A stretch of DNA of 64,000 nucleotides from a virus, in the IMG/VR virus record IMGVR_UViG_3300029390_000003. The stretch is one strand, 5' to 3'. Positions 21,414 to 32,868 of this stretch are shown piece by piece; position 1 is the stretch's first letter; the number at the start of each line of letters is the position of its first letter. The notes under the pieces were generated by a model. That model was given only the letters and a program-made list of their open reading frames with translations, did no database searches and had not been told where the DNA came from. Position numbers and translations under genes: made by a program.

Positions 21414-21431
21414 CTATATTATACAGGATAC
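21414..21431 (+). promoter_or_regulatory. 18-bp motif, copy c (inverted, right arm).
   Basis: CTATATTATACAGGATAC on the + strand. Confidence 0.6.
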
Positions 21432-21442
21432 GCACATAATTG

Positions 21443-23773
21443 TCAATGCTTTTCTGAAAATTCTTTCCGTAAAAATTCCTTCAAGAACGTCCGCTTATAT
21501 GGCACTCTCGAAGTCTTTACAGCCCGATCAAGAGCGTGAGTTTCGGCGCAAATCACACAATACTTCTTGGCACGAGTGATGGCCGTATAGAGCCATTCTC
21601 TCGTCAACATCAGGTACGCAGAGTTGTCCATGCCAACAATCACATACGGAGCCTCACTGCCCTGCAGTTTATGACAACTCAGAGCATAGGCAAGTTCAAG
21701 CGTTGCCCAGATGTTATTCCCACCAAAATAATGTGGAATAAAGATCGTGCCCCACTGGTCAAAATCAACCAGAATAAAACTACTCTCAATCTTTCGGATA
21801 ATGCCACGGTTTCCATTGAACACCGGACACTTCTCTTCCTTTTTCTTTGTCTTGAGATTGTATGTGTGAAGCTCATAGTTATTCTTGTTGATAATAACCT
21901 GATCGCCCTCACGCAGAGTATACACCCTATCCTTGCCATCACCATAGATTGTAACCTTTGCTTCTGCTTGACCACGACTCGGATTCACAATTTCCTGAAT
22001 AGCATTATTAACTTCGTATGTGCAGATACTGCCACGTAGCTTCTGTGGAAGTACAATCTGAATCTTCGCACTATCATTCCCTACCTTATTATATAAGGTA
22101 CGGTACTGATTGATGATGTGGTTGAATGACTCACTTGCGTCTTTATAGATATCAAGCTCCAAATCACGAAGTTCACCACGAATCTCACTACCAGCCCAGC
22201 CATAAGGCACCAACTGCGTAGCGTTACGAACCTTAATGCTTTCCGTGATAATTGCAGACTTAGCTGCCTGACGATGGATCTTAGTCAAACGAGCCACAGG
22301 AACAACCTTAGATGCAAGCATATCCTTGAAGATGTTACACATACCAATACTCTCAAGCTGGCCGTCATCACCAATCATGATGAATCGCTTGCCGGTCTCG
22401 ATTGCCTGAATCAAGTCATAGAATAACTGAGCTCCAACCATAGAGGTCTCATCCAGAATAATAATGTCTTCTTCAAGAGGATTGTCCTTGTTATGGATGA
22501 AACCACCATTCTCGATGTCGTAGCCAAGAAGACGGTGAATGGTCTTTCCATCCTGACCAGTAATCTCCTGCATACGAGCTGCGGCACGACCAGAAAGTGC
22601 AGTCTGAGCGAAAGACTTGCCACGAAGAACCTTTAAAACACCAGCGACAACGGTACTTTTACCAGTTCCGCCGTAGCCTGTTAAGATACAGACGTTGCTA
22701 GAGCATACCTTTTTAATAGCATCTCTTTGCTCCTCAGTATACTCGATGCCAAGCGCATTCCCGGCTTCATTGATTGCAGCATCCATGTTTCGACCAATCG
22801 GCTCAACAGGTGCATCAGCCAGTCGCTTGATTTCCTTTGCGATTTTATCTTCAAGATTCCACACTCTAGTTAAAGCAAATTCCTGACGGTCATCACTCCA
22901 CCAAAGCGTTTCACGGACATCATGTAAATGGAAAAGTGCCCTTTTGATGACTTCTTGATCACCCTCGTTCAAATCAAGTTCCTTAATACAGCTATTGATT
23001 GTCTGGTTTGCCGGGATAATAGAGTTACCTTCTTCGGCACGAGCGGCAAGAAAATGCATGACGTAAGCTTCGATTCTAAATTGCGAATTGTGCTTTAAGC
23101 CCATATTCAAAGCAATAGCGTCAGCTTTTTTCCAGCCGATACCATACACATCATCAATCAGGACGTAAGGATTCTCCTCAATCTTTTTTACCAGAATGTC
23201 TGCACCGTGATACTGACGAACAAGCTTTTCAATAGCACTGGGAGTCAGACCGTACTCAATCAGTTTTGTGTACGCTTCACTGTTATCAATGTTGCGTTCA
23301 AAAGAGTCAATGATCTTTTGTGCTCGACCTTCCGTAATACCGCTAATAGTACAAAGAGCCTTGATGTCACCATTCTTGATAACTTCATACGGATTATCGA
23401 ATGCTTCATAAAGCATCTCAAACTGATGATCGGTCAAAATAAAACGGAGAAAGCTTTTTTGTTCTTCCGGGTCAGTGATCTCTTGAAACTCATTCATGTA
23501 GATGATTTTGTACTGATCACCAAACTTTTCATGATGAACATACTCACCACAGAACGAATAAGTTTTATTCATATCAAGACTAGGGACATTGCCCTTCAGT
23601 CGGAGGTCACTATATCGACTCATGATAGGATTTCCCTGCTTGACTTTTACCACCTCGGCAGAGAAAGTGGCGAAGCCGCCGGGCTCCACCTCCCTCCCAT
23701 CTTTCGGATAAAAGACTCGTTTTATCCTGATGTAGCAACGAATCATATTTTCATTAAATTTCTTATCTGCCAC
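21443..23773 (-). CDS. RecD2-like superfamily 1 DNA helicase.
   Basis: Walker A is LTGYGGTGKST. Also present are DETSMV, the C-terminal helicase motifs and a RecD-like N-terminal domain, over 776 aa. Confidence 0.8.
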   Translation of the reverse strand: MADKKFNENMIRCYIRIKRVFYPKDGREVEPGGFATFSAEVVKVKQGNPIMSRYSDLRLKGNVPSLDMNKTYSFCGEYVHHEKFGDQYKIIYMNEFQEITDPEEQKSFLRFILTDHQFEMLYEAFDNPYEVIKNGDIKALCTISGITEGRAQKIIDSFERNIDNSEAYTKLIEYGLTPSAIEKLVRQYHGADILVKKIEENPYVLIDDVYGIGWKKADAIALNMGLKHNSQFRIEAYVMHFLAARAEEGNSIIPANQTINSCIKELDLNEGDQEVIKRALFHLHDVRETLWWSDDRQEFALTRVWNLEDKIAKEIKRLADAPVEPIGRNMDAAINEAGNALGIEYTEEQRDAIKKVCSSNVCILTGYGGTGKSTVVAGVLKVLRGKSFAQTALSGRAAARMQEITGQDGKTIHRLLGYDIENGGFIHNKDNPLEEDIIILDETSMVGAQLFYDLIQAIETGKRFIMIGDDGQLESIGMCNIFKDMLASKVVPVARLTKIHRQAAKSAIITESIKVRNATQLVPYGWAGSEIRGELRDLELDIYKDASESFNHIINQYRTLYNKVGNDSAKIQIVLPQKLRGSICTYEVNNAIQEIVNPSRGQAEAKVTIYGDGKDRVYTLREGDQVIINKNNYELHTYNLKTKKKEEKCPVFNGNRGIIRKIESSFILVDFDQWGTIFIPHYFGGNNIWATLELAYALSCHKLQGSEAPYVIVGMDNSAYLMLTREWLYTAITRAKKYCVICAETHALDRAVKTSRVPYKRTFLKEFLRKEFSEKH

Positions 23774-23785
23774 TTTATAACCCTC

Positions 23786-26700
23786 TTACGCTATCTCTCT
23801 ATCATGTAGCCACTGCTTGTAAGGTTTGAAGTCGTTTGCAATAACGTGTGATTCATCTTCCTTCTTTCCAAGCACAGCTACCTGACTTCCCTTTACAATC
23901 AAATCCTGATAATCTGACAAGATTCTCGGCCATACTGTCAACTCAATGATACCATCGCCAGAATACAGATTCACAAACGCAAACTGCATACCAGTCTTTG
24001 TTTTCTTCTTTTGAATCTTTGCGATAATACCAACCAGTACACAGGAGTCACCAGTTTCAAGCTCAGAGAAATCCTTAATGTATTCGTATGCCTTTTCAAA
24101 CGGATTCTTATCGATAATAAACGTCTGCAACGTCTGGAACTCCCAGAATTGCTCGTCCTTCAAATACTTCTCTGACTGCTCGGCCATGTACGCTTCCTTT
24201 TTCTTGAGTTTTTCAGTTTCATGTACGACACGGCGCTTTTCATTATAGATTCGTAGGACGGTTTCTTTATCAACCTTCTTACCAACCTTATAATGCTCTG
24301 TATCAATATCCCACTTACTCAGCAAAACTGCCTTGGTAGGAAGTGTACTGACTGGTTTAAACTCAGATTGTTCCAAACCGCTGGCAATGTACTTTTCCAA
24401 GAATATTCGTTTGTTTTTTGTAGGAATCGCACCGGATTTGACCAACGCAATGATCTGCGCTTTCGTTGCACGAACACGACTCGTGAAATCATCAAGTCCC
24501 TTAAATTTTCCATTCCTATCTCGTTCTGCAATGATAGTCTCAGCAAGTGTATTGCCAATACCACCGATAGCAGACAAGCCAAATAGGATTTTACCATTTG
24601 ACACAGTAAAATCCATGCCGGAACGATTGATACTCGGAGGAAGAATCTGAATATCAAAGCTGCGTGCGTCCACCATAATCTTATTGACCTTACCGACCTT
24701 TGCTTTATTCAGGTTCAGCATAGCCTTAAAGAACGCAAGCGGATGATGGGCTTTCAAGTATGCGGTCTGAAGACAGATGACGGCGTATGCTTGAGAATGA
24801 CTAGCGTTGAAGCCGTAGCCGCCCTTCGTTGACAACTCGTTACAAATATACTCGGCGGTTGCTTTATCGTATCCATTTGCAAGAATTTCATCGTGAAGAA
24901 GTTCTACCTCTTCCTTGACCTTCTCAGGTTTCTTCTTTGCTAAGCACTTACGCATTCTATCAGCACCAGCATCGCTTCGGCCACCAAAGACCTTTGTGAG
25001 CTTCATACTCTGTTCCTGATAGATGTTCACGCCATAGGTGCTGCGGAAAATTGGTTCCATATCAGGATGGAAATAATGAATGTGTTCTGGATGATACTTG
25101 CAATCAACGTATGTAGGAATAGACGGCATTGCGTCAGGACGATAAAGAGCAATCAATGCTGACAGCTCCTCAATCGACCTCGGCTGAAGCTGTGCAACCA
25201 GATCCTTCATACCAGACGACTCAATCTGGAATAGATTGTCTGTCCGGCCAGAACAAATCAAATCATAGGATGCCTTGTCATTTTCAAACTCAGGATTGTT
25301 AATGTCAATTTCCCAGTCTGGAATATTGTCCTCACGCTTTGCCTCATCAATAGCCACAAGCGATGCAACGCCAAGAATATCAAACTTAACAAGTCCAATT
25401 TTCTCGTCCATCACCTTATCAACAGAGATAACGTGCTCTCCATCGGCACCGTGTCGGATACCGATATACTCATAATAAGGATGTCGGCAGACAATAACAC
25501 CGCCAGCATGGATACCATACCCTCGTGGGCGACCATTGATGTGCTCTGCAATATCAAGCAGTTCTTTGTATCTCGGATTCTCAGCCACTTCTGGATTTGC
25601 TTCAAGACAATCCTTCCATGTCTTTTGAACGAATTTCTCGCTGATTTTTCTAATCTCAGCATACGGGAAACCGAGCACCTTGCCAACATTCTGAATCGAA
25701 GTGACCGGAGTGGTGTACACGATATTCATAACCTGAACTACTCGATCTTCACCGTACTTCCGTGTCAGATACTCGACAACCTTGGCACGATCACTGACAT
25801 CTACATCAACGTCGGGAAGGTCTTTTCGTTCAATGGTAAGGAATCGTCCGAAATCAAGCTCGTATTTGATGGAATCAAGTTGCGTAATGCCAATCAGGTA
25901 ACATACAAGTGAACCAGCGGCAGAACCACGACCAGGGCCAACAATGACATCATTTTTCTTACACCAGTTGATGTAATCAACCAGAATCAAAAAATAATCA
26001 CAGAAGTCTTTCTTCTCAATGACAAACAGCTCGTCATCAACACGCTTACGATAGATCTTCTGCTTTTCTACATCAAACTTGTCAATGCCGCGTTTCTTCC
26101 ATCCCTCTTTCACAAGGTCTTTTAAGTAAGCTGCTGAGTTGGAATACTGTGGAGGAATCTCGATTTTGGGAAGTTCAGGTTCGTGCCAAGGCATATCCAC
26201 ATAATCACATAGGTCAGCAATCTCATCGGTATTGTTGATACACCATTCTGCCGCATCATATCCAATCTGACCGTCAAGGACTTCATGTTGCTCCCTGCGA
26301 GACATAAAGTAGCATCCTTCGTAGATTTCTGCGGCAGTTTCTGTATCATGAGCAATTCTCAGAAAGTAGTCTTGATAATACAGAGCTTCTTTTGTGGCAG
26401 CATGAACATCGTTTGTGACGACTACTTTTGTATGAGTGTCGTTTGCCAACCGCATGATTTTCTGATTGTATTTTGCTTGTTCACTATTTGCATGAGCCTG
26501 AACCTCAAGATAATAGTGAGGGAATAAACTCTTATACTCTTGAACTAGCTTGACACAAGTGTCATAATCATCCGTTTTGGACAGTCTACTCGCCAAACAA
26601 GCAGACAGGATAATCAAATTATTCGTATCTTCCTTAGCGATATCCTCTTTTGTGATACGAGGACGGCTATAAAAGCCATGAAGATGACCGAGTGTAGATA

Positions 26701-27002
26701 AGCGATTAACCGTCTGACGACCAGCCTCATTCTTTGCGATGATGATCAGATGCCAGTATTTACTGTTCTTGTCCTTTACTTCCCTATCCTCGCACTCATA
26801 TGCCTCGATACCATAAAGAAGCTTTACGTCAGGATACTTGTCTTTTAGTTCTGAGTAATACGGCCAGCTTGTCACCTCACCATGTTCCGTAATGGCAATA
26901 GCTTTCAAGCCAAGTTCCGATGCTCTTTTTAGATTTTCTTCAGGAGAAGAGAACCCATCGAGCAAGCTAAAAGTATGAGTGCGTATGTAAACTGCTACTC
27001 AT
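23786..27002 (-). CDS. dnaE: DNA polymerase III alpha subunit (DnaE-type, PHP domain). The N-terminus is broken by a 1-nt frameshift at an A4/T4 run.
   Basis: The PHP start MSSSLHTHSYF is read from the ATG at 27002 (ribosome-binding site AAAGGTGGTG 7 nt upstream). It runs into TAG, and the +1 frame continues as SLLDGFSSPEE...ITEHGEV. The rest of the 1059-aa body is Pol III alpha-like. Confidence 0.85.
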
Positions 27003-27268
27003 CAGGCAACACCACCTTTCATACTATTTAAATTCATTCTGTCTGCTCCTTATCTTCGATAGACACTCTCAAAGTTACAGTCTTACCGTCCTTTGTTGTC
27101 CATGTGTATCCACCAAAAGTTCTATTGTTGAACTGAGCTTCAGAAAGAAGCCAATCACGAACTGCCTCGATAGCTTCATCCGTGACACGAGTTTTATCCT
27201 TCCATTCGGTTCCATTCTTTTTAACAGTTCCTGCGTAAATACCAAACATACCACAGCTCACATGATAT

Positions 27269-28030
27269 TCACTCATTCGTATTCACCTTATCTCCAAACT
27301 TAATAATATCGTCGAAAAGCATCACATAGTCATCGGTGTACTTGTTGCCATGGAAATGGCCGAAGTACCAGAATGGTTTACAATCGTTAGGATAACATTC
27401 GTATATATTATCAAAGAATATTTCAGTTGACTGGTCTACTGTGCTTTGATCAATACCACCGATAAACAATTCAGTTGGAATGAACCGAAATGGACAGGTA
27501 TGCGTGAGCATAACATCAATATCATCGATTTGAGGGTCATGTGTAATATTCCAGATCTTTTTCTTAGTCTTCTCATTAGGCTGTTCGTCCGGCCACCAGT
27601 TCCATCCACGTTCCAACCGATAATATTTATCTACAGAATATGCTCCGCCGCAAACAAGACAGTTCAGAATTTCCCTATCAGCAAGAATCTGGTAAACTTC
27701 GCCATCAATAGCAAAATACTGATTGGGATAATGTGAATCATGCCACACCTTACCACAAATATCTCCACTGATTTCCTTTGTCCTATAACCATCCTTACGA
27801 GACGGGCGGCGTTCGTGATTTCCATGAATACAGAATAAATTCGCAGGGATGTCCGCAGCAATGGTCTTAACTCTCCATTCGTTGATGTTATCCTTACCAT
27901 AATAGTTTAGACCAACATCACCAAGACAGATAATCCAATCATTCTTTCCAAGATTGTGTTTAATGCAAAATTTATTTAACTCTAAGAGACGATTAAAATC
28001 GCCATGAATATCGCCTGTAATGTAAACCAT
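27269..28030 (-). CDS. Calcineurin-like metallophosphoesterase.
   Basis: The motifs GDIHGD, GDVGLNYYG, GNHE and GHFH are present. Confidence 0.7.
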   Translation of the reverse strand: MVYITGDIHGDFNRLLELNKFCIKHNLGKNDWIICLGDVGLNYYGKDNINEWRVKTIAADIPANLFCIHGNHERRPSRKDGYRTKEISGDICGKVWHDSHYPNQYFAIDGEVYQILADREILNCLVCGGAYSVDKYYRLERGWNWWPDEQPNEKTKKKIWNITHDPQIDDIDVMLTHTCPFRFIPTELFIGGIDQSTVDQSTEIFFDNIYECYPNDCKPFWYFGHFHGNKYTDDYVMLFDDIIKFGDKVNTNE

Positions 28031-28202
28031 TCATTCACCCCTCTCATAAACTCGCCAATGCCATGTGCTACCATCGCCCGGATAAAACCTATCGCAAAAG
28101 TCCTCAAAGCGACATCCTTCGCATGGATCATCTTTTGATAAATCTATCACTGGATGGCTTTGGCATTCTGCGATAAATTCTTTAACGTCTGCTTCAAACT
28201 GT

Positions 28203-28550
28203 TCAGGCATCAGCATTGTCAATCAACTCTCCATTTTTTACAACCTTAGCCTTATCATCCCAATATTCATCAGCTACAACCTTTCTAGGAGCAGTGCCAA
28301 AATGCTCTTTCCACTCAGGAAGACTCTCATTGATTGCATCAAACTGAATGCCCCAATCAAAGCAAGCCTCCATTGCATCATACAAAAGCTTTCCTTCACG
28401 GCAAGTCCAGAGAATCAGACCAGCACCGTGTTTCTGTTCCTGAATTGCTTGATAAATGACATTCCAATTTGGCTCACCGATATCAGGGTAATTATTTTCA
28501 CAGAGAGTGCCATCAAAGTCGATGGCGATAGCACGTTTCCAATTTCCCAT
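28203..28550 (-). CDS. Small HAD-superfamily phosphatase.
   Basis: The N-terminal motif I is AIDFDGTL (DxDGT). Confidence 0.5.
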   Translation of the reverse strand: MGNWKRAIAIDFDGTLCENNYPDIGEPNWNVIYQAIQEQKHGAGLILWTCREGKLLYDAMEACFDWGIQFDAINESLPEWKEHFGTAPRKVVADEYWDDKAKVVKNGELIDNADA

Positions 28551-28551
28551 A

Positions 28552-30294
28552 TCAAATCACCTCAAAATCAACAATCTGCGCCTGCGGAGTTACTTTGTTC
28601 CCGTACTGATTTAAAGATAACCGGCATACAGCATTGATGTATTTTTCTTCCTGATCACCATAAAAGTCATTGTTGATCCAGCCAATCATCCGGCCATTAT
28701 CAGCAAAGCACACAAAATCAATGCCTTTTTCTTCATCAGAATATTTCCACATATTACCATTCTTGCCCATCGGAGCACATCCACTATGAATCAGCGGAAT
28801 GTTTTTAATGTAGAAATACGGTTCGGAGATTCCCTGTGCCCAGATTTTATGCATTTCATACATGGTCTTCGGCAATGCAACAGTCAACTTACTATAGTCA
28901 AAATCAAAATCGACCACGATCGCCTTACTCATCGTGACATCTTTAAGCAGTTCATTGCAATCCGCAATCGCCTTTGGTACGTTTTTTTTCTTGATTTTTA
29001 CGCCAGCGGCATTATCGTGACCAAGAACCGACTCAAAATCTCCGGTGCTCATCAAAAACTCTTTTAAACTTTCAATCGGAGAACCGTCAGGATTTCTCAT
29101 TGAACCACCAAAATACTCTTGATTCTCGTCTGGCTCTTCAGGGCAGGCCATCTCTCGAAGTAGTACGCAAGGTTTACCATACATTTCAGCCAACTTGATT
29201 GCTACAACGCCAGTCAAATTACTGTCCAGAATGCCAGTGGAATTACAAAACAAAACTTTACTTCTGTCCGCTCCATACTTAGAAATCCAGTTTTGAAGCT
29301 CTGCGACAGCCTTGTCTTTGGTCTTGTTTTGCTGATACTTGCAAGACGAACACTCACGAGCTACATGCTGTGCCAGAGTCTCGTCAATCGTGACACCGGC
29401 ATTCTTGCCACGAGTCGGAGTGTACTGGAATGTCTGTTCCTCACCGACCATTGCACGGAACATCCGCTTCTTCTGCTCGGATGAACCAACACGAATCAGT
29501 GCATTCATCATCGGAACGATGTAGAACTGAACATCATTGATAGTCGGGTCACCCTTAATATTGAAGCTATTCGCTTCAACCAGAGCGCAAATCATTGGAT
29601 TCACAATTCTCGCAAGACCTTTCGTGCAAAGGCGCTTTGTCTCGTGTGAGTGCATATCCATGACGTCACCGATATTTCCGACGGCCACTAGATCAAGATA
29701 CCTGTCTGCAACATCAGTCCAATTATATTCATCAACAGCCTGAAGGAACTTATACACCACGCCAGCGCCAGACAATTCCTTATTAGGATATGTACCATTC
29801 TGGTTATTGACGATTACTGCGTAAGGATTCTCTCTGTCGCAGATGTGATGGTCAAGAATCAGAATATCGATGCCATTATCACGAAGTTCCTTACACTGCT
29901 CAACATCATTGCTGCCAGCATCAGGAATAATCAGCAAGGTAGTTTCAGGTGGAACTTCAATTTCTTTAGAGAGTCCGTGTTCTTTGCCACTATGATGCAG
30001 AACATTGATTTTTCCAAAATAACCAATCGTCTTCAAATACTGAAACATCATTGAAGCACTTGTGAATCCATCCACATCACAGTCTACAAGGATAGAGATA
30101 ATAGACTTATTCCAGATATGTTTGTTCAACAGCCGGACAGCATCTTCCATGTTGTCCAGTTCCCACGGAGAATTCAGACAAGAATCATCTAGGTTCATGT
30201 AGGTCTTATAATCCTCAACCCCTCTGTTCTCCATAATCGTTCCAATCGGGTCTGATAGGTCGTTCCTACTCCCCTTCCAGAGTTTTACATTCAT
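28552..30294 (-). CDS. RecJ-like DHH-family single-strand exonuclease.
   Basis: The RecJ N-terminal pattern is present (ENRGV...AVRLL...ISILVDCDVDGFTSA), and so is the DHH motif ILILDHHICD. Confidence 0.75.
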   Translation of the reverse strand: MNVKLWKGSRNDLSDPIGTIMENRGVEDYKTYMNLDDSCLNSPWELDNMEDAVRLLNKHIWNKSIISILVDCDVDGFTSASMMFQYLKTIGYFGKINVLHHSGKEHGLSKEIEVPPETTLLIIPDAGSNDVEQCKELRDNGIDILILDHHICDRENPYAVIVNNQNGTYPNKELSGAGVVYKFLQAVDEYNWTDVADRYLDLVAVGNIGDVMDMHSHETKRLCTKGLARIVNPMICALVEANSFNIKGDPTINDVQFYIVPMMNALIRVGSSEQKKRMFRAMVGEEQTFQYTPTRGKNAGVTIDETLAQHVARECSSCKYQQNKTKDKAVAELQNWISKYGADRSKVLFCNSTGILDSNLTGVVAIKLAEMYGKPCVLLREMACPEEPDENQEYFGGSMRNPDGSPIESLKEFLMSTGDFESVLGHDNAAGVKIKKKNVPKAIADCNELLKDVTMSKAIVVDFDFDYSKLTVALPKTMYEMHKIWAQGISEPYFYIKNIPLIHSGCAPMGKNGNMWKYSDEEKGIDFVCFADNGRMIGWINNDFYGDQEEKYINAVCRLSLNQYGNKVTPQAQIVDFEVI

Positions 30295-31313
30295 TTAATT
30301 CTCCTAACACAGTTTTCAATCAATGCCTTAAATTTTTCAGGATTATCAGTCGGGGCTTCCTTTTCATCCAGAATCCCTTTATCATCTACTACAGCATACA
30401 CACTTACGCCATCGACAAATCGATTAGCGAGAACCATAAGCTCACTAAGCTGAACGTCTTTATCAAATACAAAACAAATATCAACGCAAAGACGTGTTAA
30501 AATTTCAATTTGATTCTGTGAAACCTTCTTACCGCCAGTCGCCACACAGTTGTAGACATCCATGTTCCACATCTGCATGACAGACTTTTCAGCTTCACCA
30601 ACATATACCAGACCTTCATTCTTAATGTACGGCTCTGTCTTATACAGGCCATACAGAATACGGTTTCTGGCACACGGCTCAAGATATAGATACTTTAATT
30701 CACCTTCAGGCGGCTTGCCAAAATATCTTCCCTTTACACCAACCAGAGTACCAATTTCATCTCTGATTGGAATCGTGATTCTATTTGTCAGTTCATCAAA
30801 GCCAATCTCAAACTCCTGCTGCGTCTCATAAGATATCCCATCGTCAGCAAAAATCTGGTTCACATAAGGTTTGTAATAACCGAGGATGGCTTCGGAGATT
30901 GGGACTATCGGACGGTCATCCTCGTGTTCTTCACCTTCACTTTGCATGGCGATGAGTTCTTTTAGAATCAACATACTTTTAGGAAGGTCTTCCTCGAAGT
31001 TGTGATAGTAGTCAAGTCCAACCCATTCGCAGATTTGCTTAATAGCTTTTGGGAAAGACAGTTCCAGAAAGAACTGGACGACAGAAATCAAATCATAACT
31101 GGTCTTTCCATTGGCAATATCTCGTGTGTAATCTACCGCAGTAAGATTTTCATTCTCGTAGATACAGAGTGCCGTTCTATTGTCACCATCTGGATTTGCA
31201 CACTGGTAATAACCAGTCTTGTGACTGATATGATGACAACCAAGTTCCTCCAGAATCGGTTCAATCTGCTGTTCTTCAAGAATGTAATTTTTCAGATCTG
31301 CGATATTTACCAT
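30291..31313 (-). CDS. Toprim-domain DNA primase (DnaG-like).
   Basis: It has a Toprim Glu (VGEAEKSV) and an FVFDKD acidic motif. It sits directly upstream of the helicase. Confidence 0.55.
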   Translation of the reverse strand: MVNIADLKNYILEEQQIEPILEELGCHHISHKTGYYQCANPDGDNRTALCIYENENLTAVDYTRDIANGKTSYDLISVVQFFLELSFPKAIKQICEWVGLDYYHNFEEDLPKSMLILKELIAMQSEGEEHEDDRPIVPISEAILGYYKPYVNQIFADDGISYETQQEFEIGFDELTNRITIPIRDEIGTLVGVKGRYFGKPPEGELKYLYLEPCARNRILYGLYKTEPYIKNEGLVYVGEAEKSVMQMWNMDVYNCVATGGKKVSQNQIEILTRLCVDICFVFDKDVQLSELMVLANRFVDGVSVYAVVDDKGILDEKEAPTDNPEKFKALIENCVRRIK

Positions 31314-31322
31314 TGTAGTTCC

Positions 31323-32846
31323 TTACTTTCTGGTGCAGACACCGACCTCTCTCCAAATATTCTGATTCAAATTCACTTCAAACATGATTTTCTTTTTCTC
31401 ACCAAAGCGGTTCTTATCGATGTTTCCAACGTAATACCGCTTATCTGGATTTAGCCGATGGGCACAGTCACCGCCCCACTCAGGGTCATGAGAGATGTAT
31501 TGATACTTCGCGAACTTATCTTTTGGAATCTCCTTGAACAGAACCATCGTCCAAGCAACATGCTTAATCATTTTTGACTCAGCAATGTTGTTTGAATTCA
31601 GCTCATCAGGAAGATACTCATGAGCGTTTTCGGCCAACTGAATACTACCATAGATAAAGATCTTCAGGTTTTTCGCAGTCTCTTCAAGCTCTGTGGCTGT
31701 GACTTTAAACGCTGCCCATTCACCAATAGATGCAATATCGTTCTTTAAAGTATCATAGAACACATACTTAACTCCCTGCGTGAGAGCTGCCTTCTGAATT
31801 TCAAATCGCAGGGACTTATCACTATAATCGGCAGAAACATCTTTTGCGATAATCAAGCCTTGTGATTCGTTCTCAATCCACTGGCAAACATCAAGCACAT
31901 TGCGGTATTCTTCGCTTTCTTCGTAGACACGAGCGGTAAACTCATCAATGCTTTCTATGTATTCTCCATCTTCATTTTGCTTTCGGAAGATGAAATTTCC
32001 GTTTGCATCCCGGTACATTCCAAGGGTAATTTCTCGCTCGTCCTTATGGAAACGATGACCATGCAACTCTTGAAACTCAGGATTATTGATGGCGGTGACC
32101 AGTAAGCAATATCGGACTGACTCAAGATCCATCTCGTTCAGCAGCAGGAGTGCTTTTTGCTTTTGAACCAATGTGACGTATGCAACAATCGCCATCATGT
32201 ATCTAGTCTTACCAGCATTAGATGGCATACCATTGAACATCACGGTGCCCAGCTTCAATCCTCGGAACAAATCGTTCATGATAGGATACTGGAACGGCAA
32301 GCCCATATCAGGAACACTCAAACGTTCATTAACCATCGGCAGCAGACCGTTATTCAAAATCTCAGCATCATCGTTTGTAATGATAACCGTATTGATCTTG
32401 TCGGCCTTGCCACGAATCAGTTTATAAATGTCCTGAGCACCAAACATTTCAAACTGCCGGTGCTTCAAGATTCCTTCAATGTTGAATCCGTTTCTCTGAT
32501 ACTCACGAAGTAGCGAATATTTCTTCAGGATATTGAAATATCCCTTGATATCATCGTCATTCGCAAGATTCATGTAGTATTCAATGGTTGACCAGCCCTT
32601 CAGCCGCTTATATTGGGACAATCTGGACTCGTCTTCAGCCATAAACGTTAAAACAGACGTTTTATTAAATTCTTGAGTCCGAGTTTCATAAATAATCAAC
32701 GCTGCATCGTAAAAAAATTTTGTTGCTTCATCGGCAAAATCGTACTTGCTCTTGACATAATGCCCATACTCGACCAAATAGTCAGGATGCTTGTAAATTG
32801 CGCCAACAAATAGAATTTCGTTCGGGATATTTGAAATGAGTTCCAC
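31323..32846 (-). CDS. DnaB-like replicative helicase.
   Basis: It has a DnaB-like N-terminal domain, the Walker A motif GMPSNAGKT, and a RecA-fold C-terminal domain. Confidence 0.7.
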   Translation of the reverse strand: MELISNIPNEILFVGAIYKHPDYLVEYGHYVKSKYDFADEATKFFYDAALIIYETRTQEFNKTSVLTFMAEDESRLSQYKRLKGWSTIEYYMNLANDDDIKGYFNILKKYSLLREYQRNGFNIEGILKHRQFEMFGAQDIYKLIRGKADKINTVIITNDDAEILNNGLLPMVNERLSVPDMGLPFQYPIMNDLFRGLKLGTVMFNGMPSNAGKTRYMMAIVAYVTLVQKQKALLLLNEMDLESVRYCLLVTAINNPEFQELHGHRFHKDEREITLGMYRDANGNFIFRKQNEDGEYIESIDEFTARVYEESEEYRNVLDVCQWIENESQGLIIAKDVSADYSDKSLRFEIQKAALTQGVKYVFYDTLKNDIASIGEWAAFKVTATELEETAKNLKIFIYGSIQLAENAHEYLPDELNSNNIAESKMIKHVAWTMVLFKEIPKDKFAKYQYISHDPEWGGDCAHRLNPDKRYYVGNIDKNRFGEKKKIMFEVNLNQNIWREVGVCTRK

Positions 32847-32868
32847 TCATCCACCTCCCTTTATACTT

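Noticed and set aside
26996-27004. An in-frame TGA near the DnaE N-terminus, considered as evidence for stop-codon recoding or selenocysteine.
   Set aside because: There are two consecutive TGA codons. The neighbouring gene terminates normally with TGA. The PHP motif is fully recovered by a 1-nt shift at a T4 run, so this is a frameshift or indel, not recoding.
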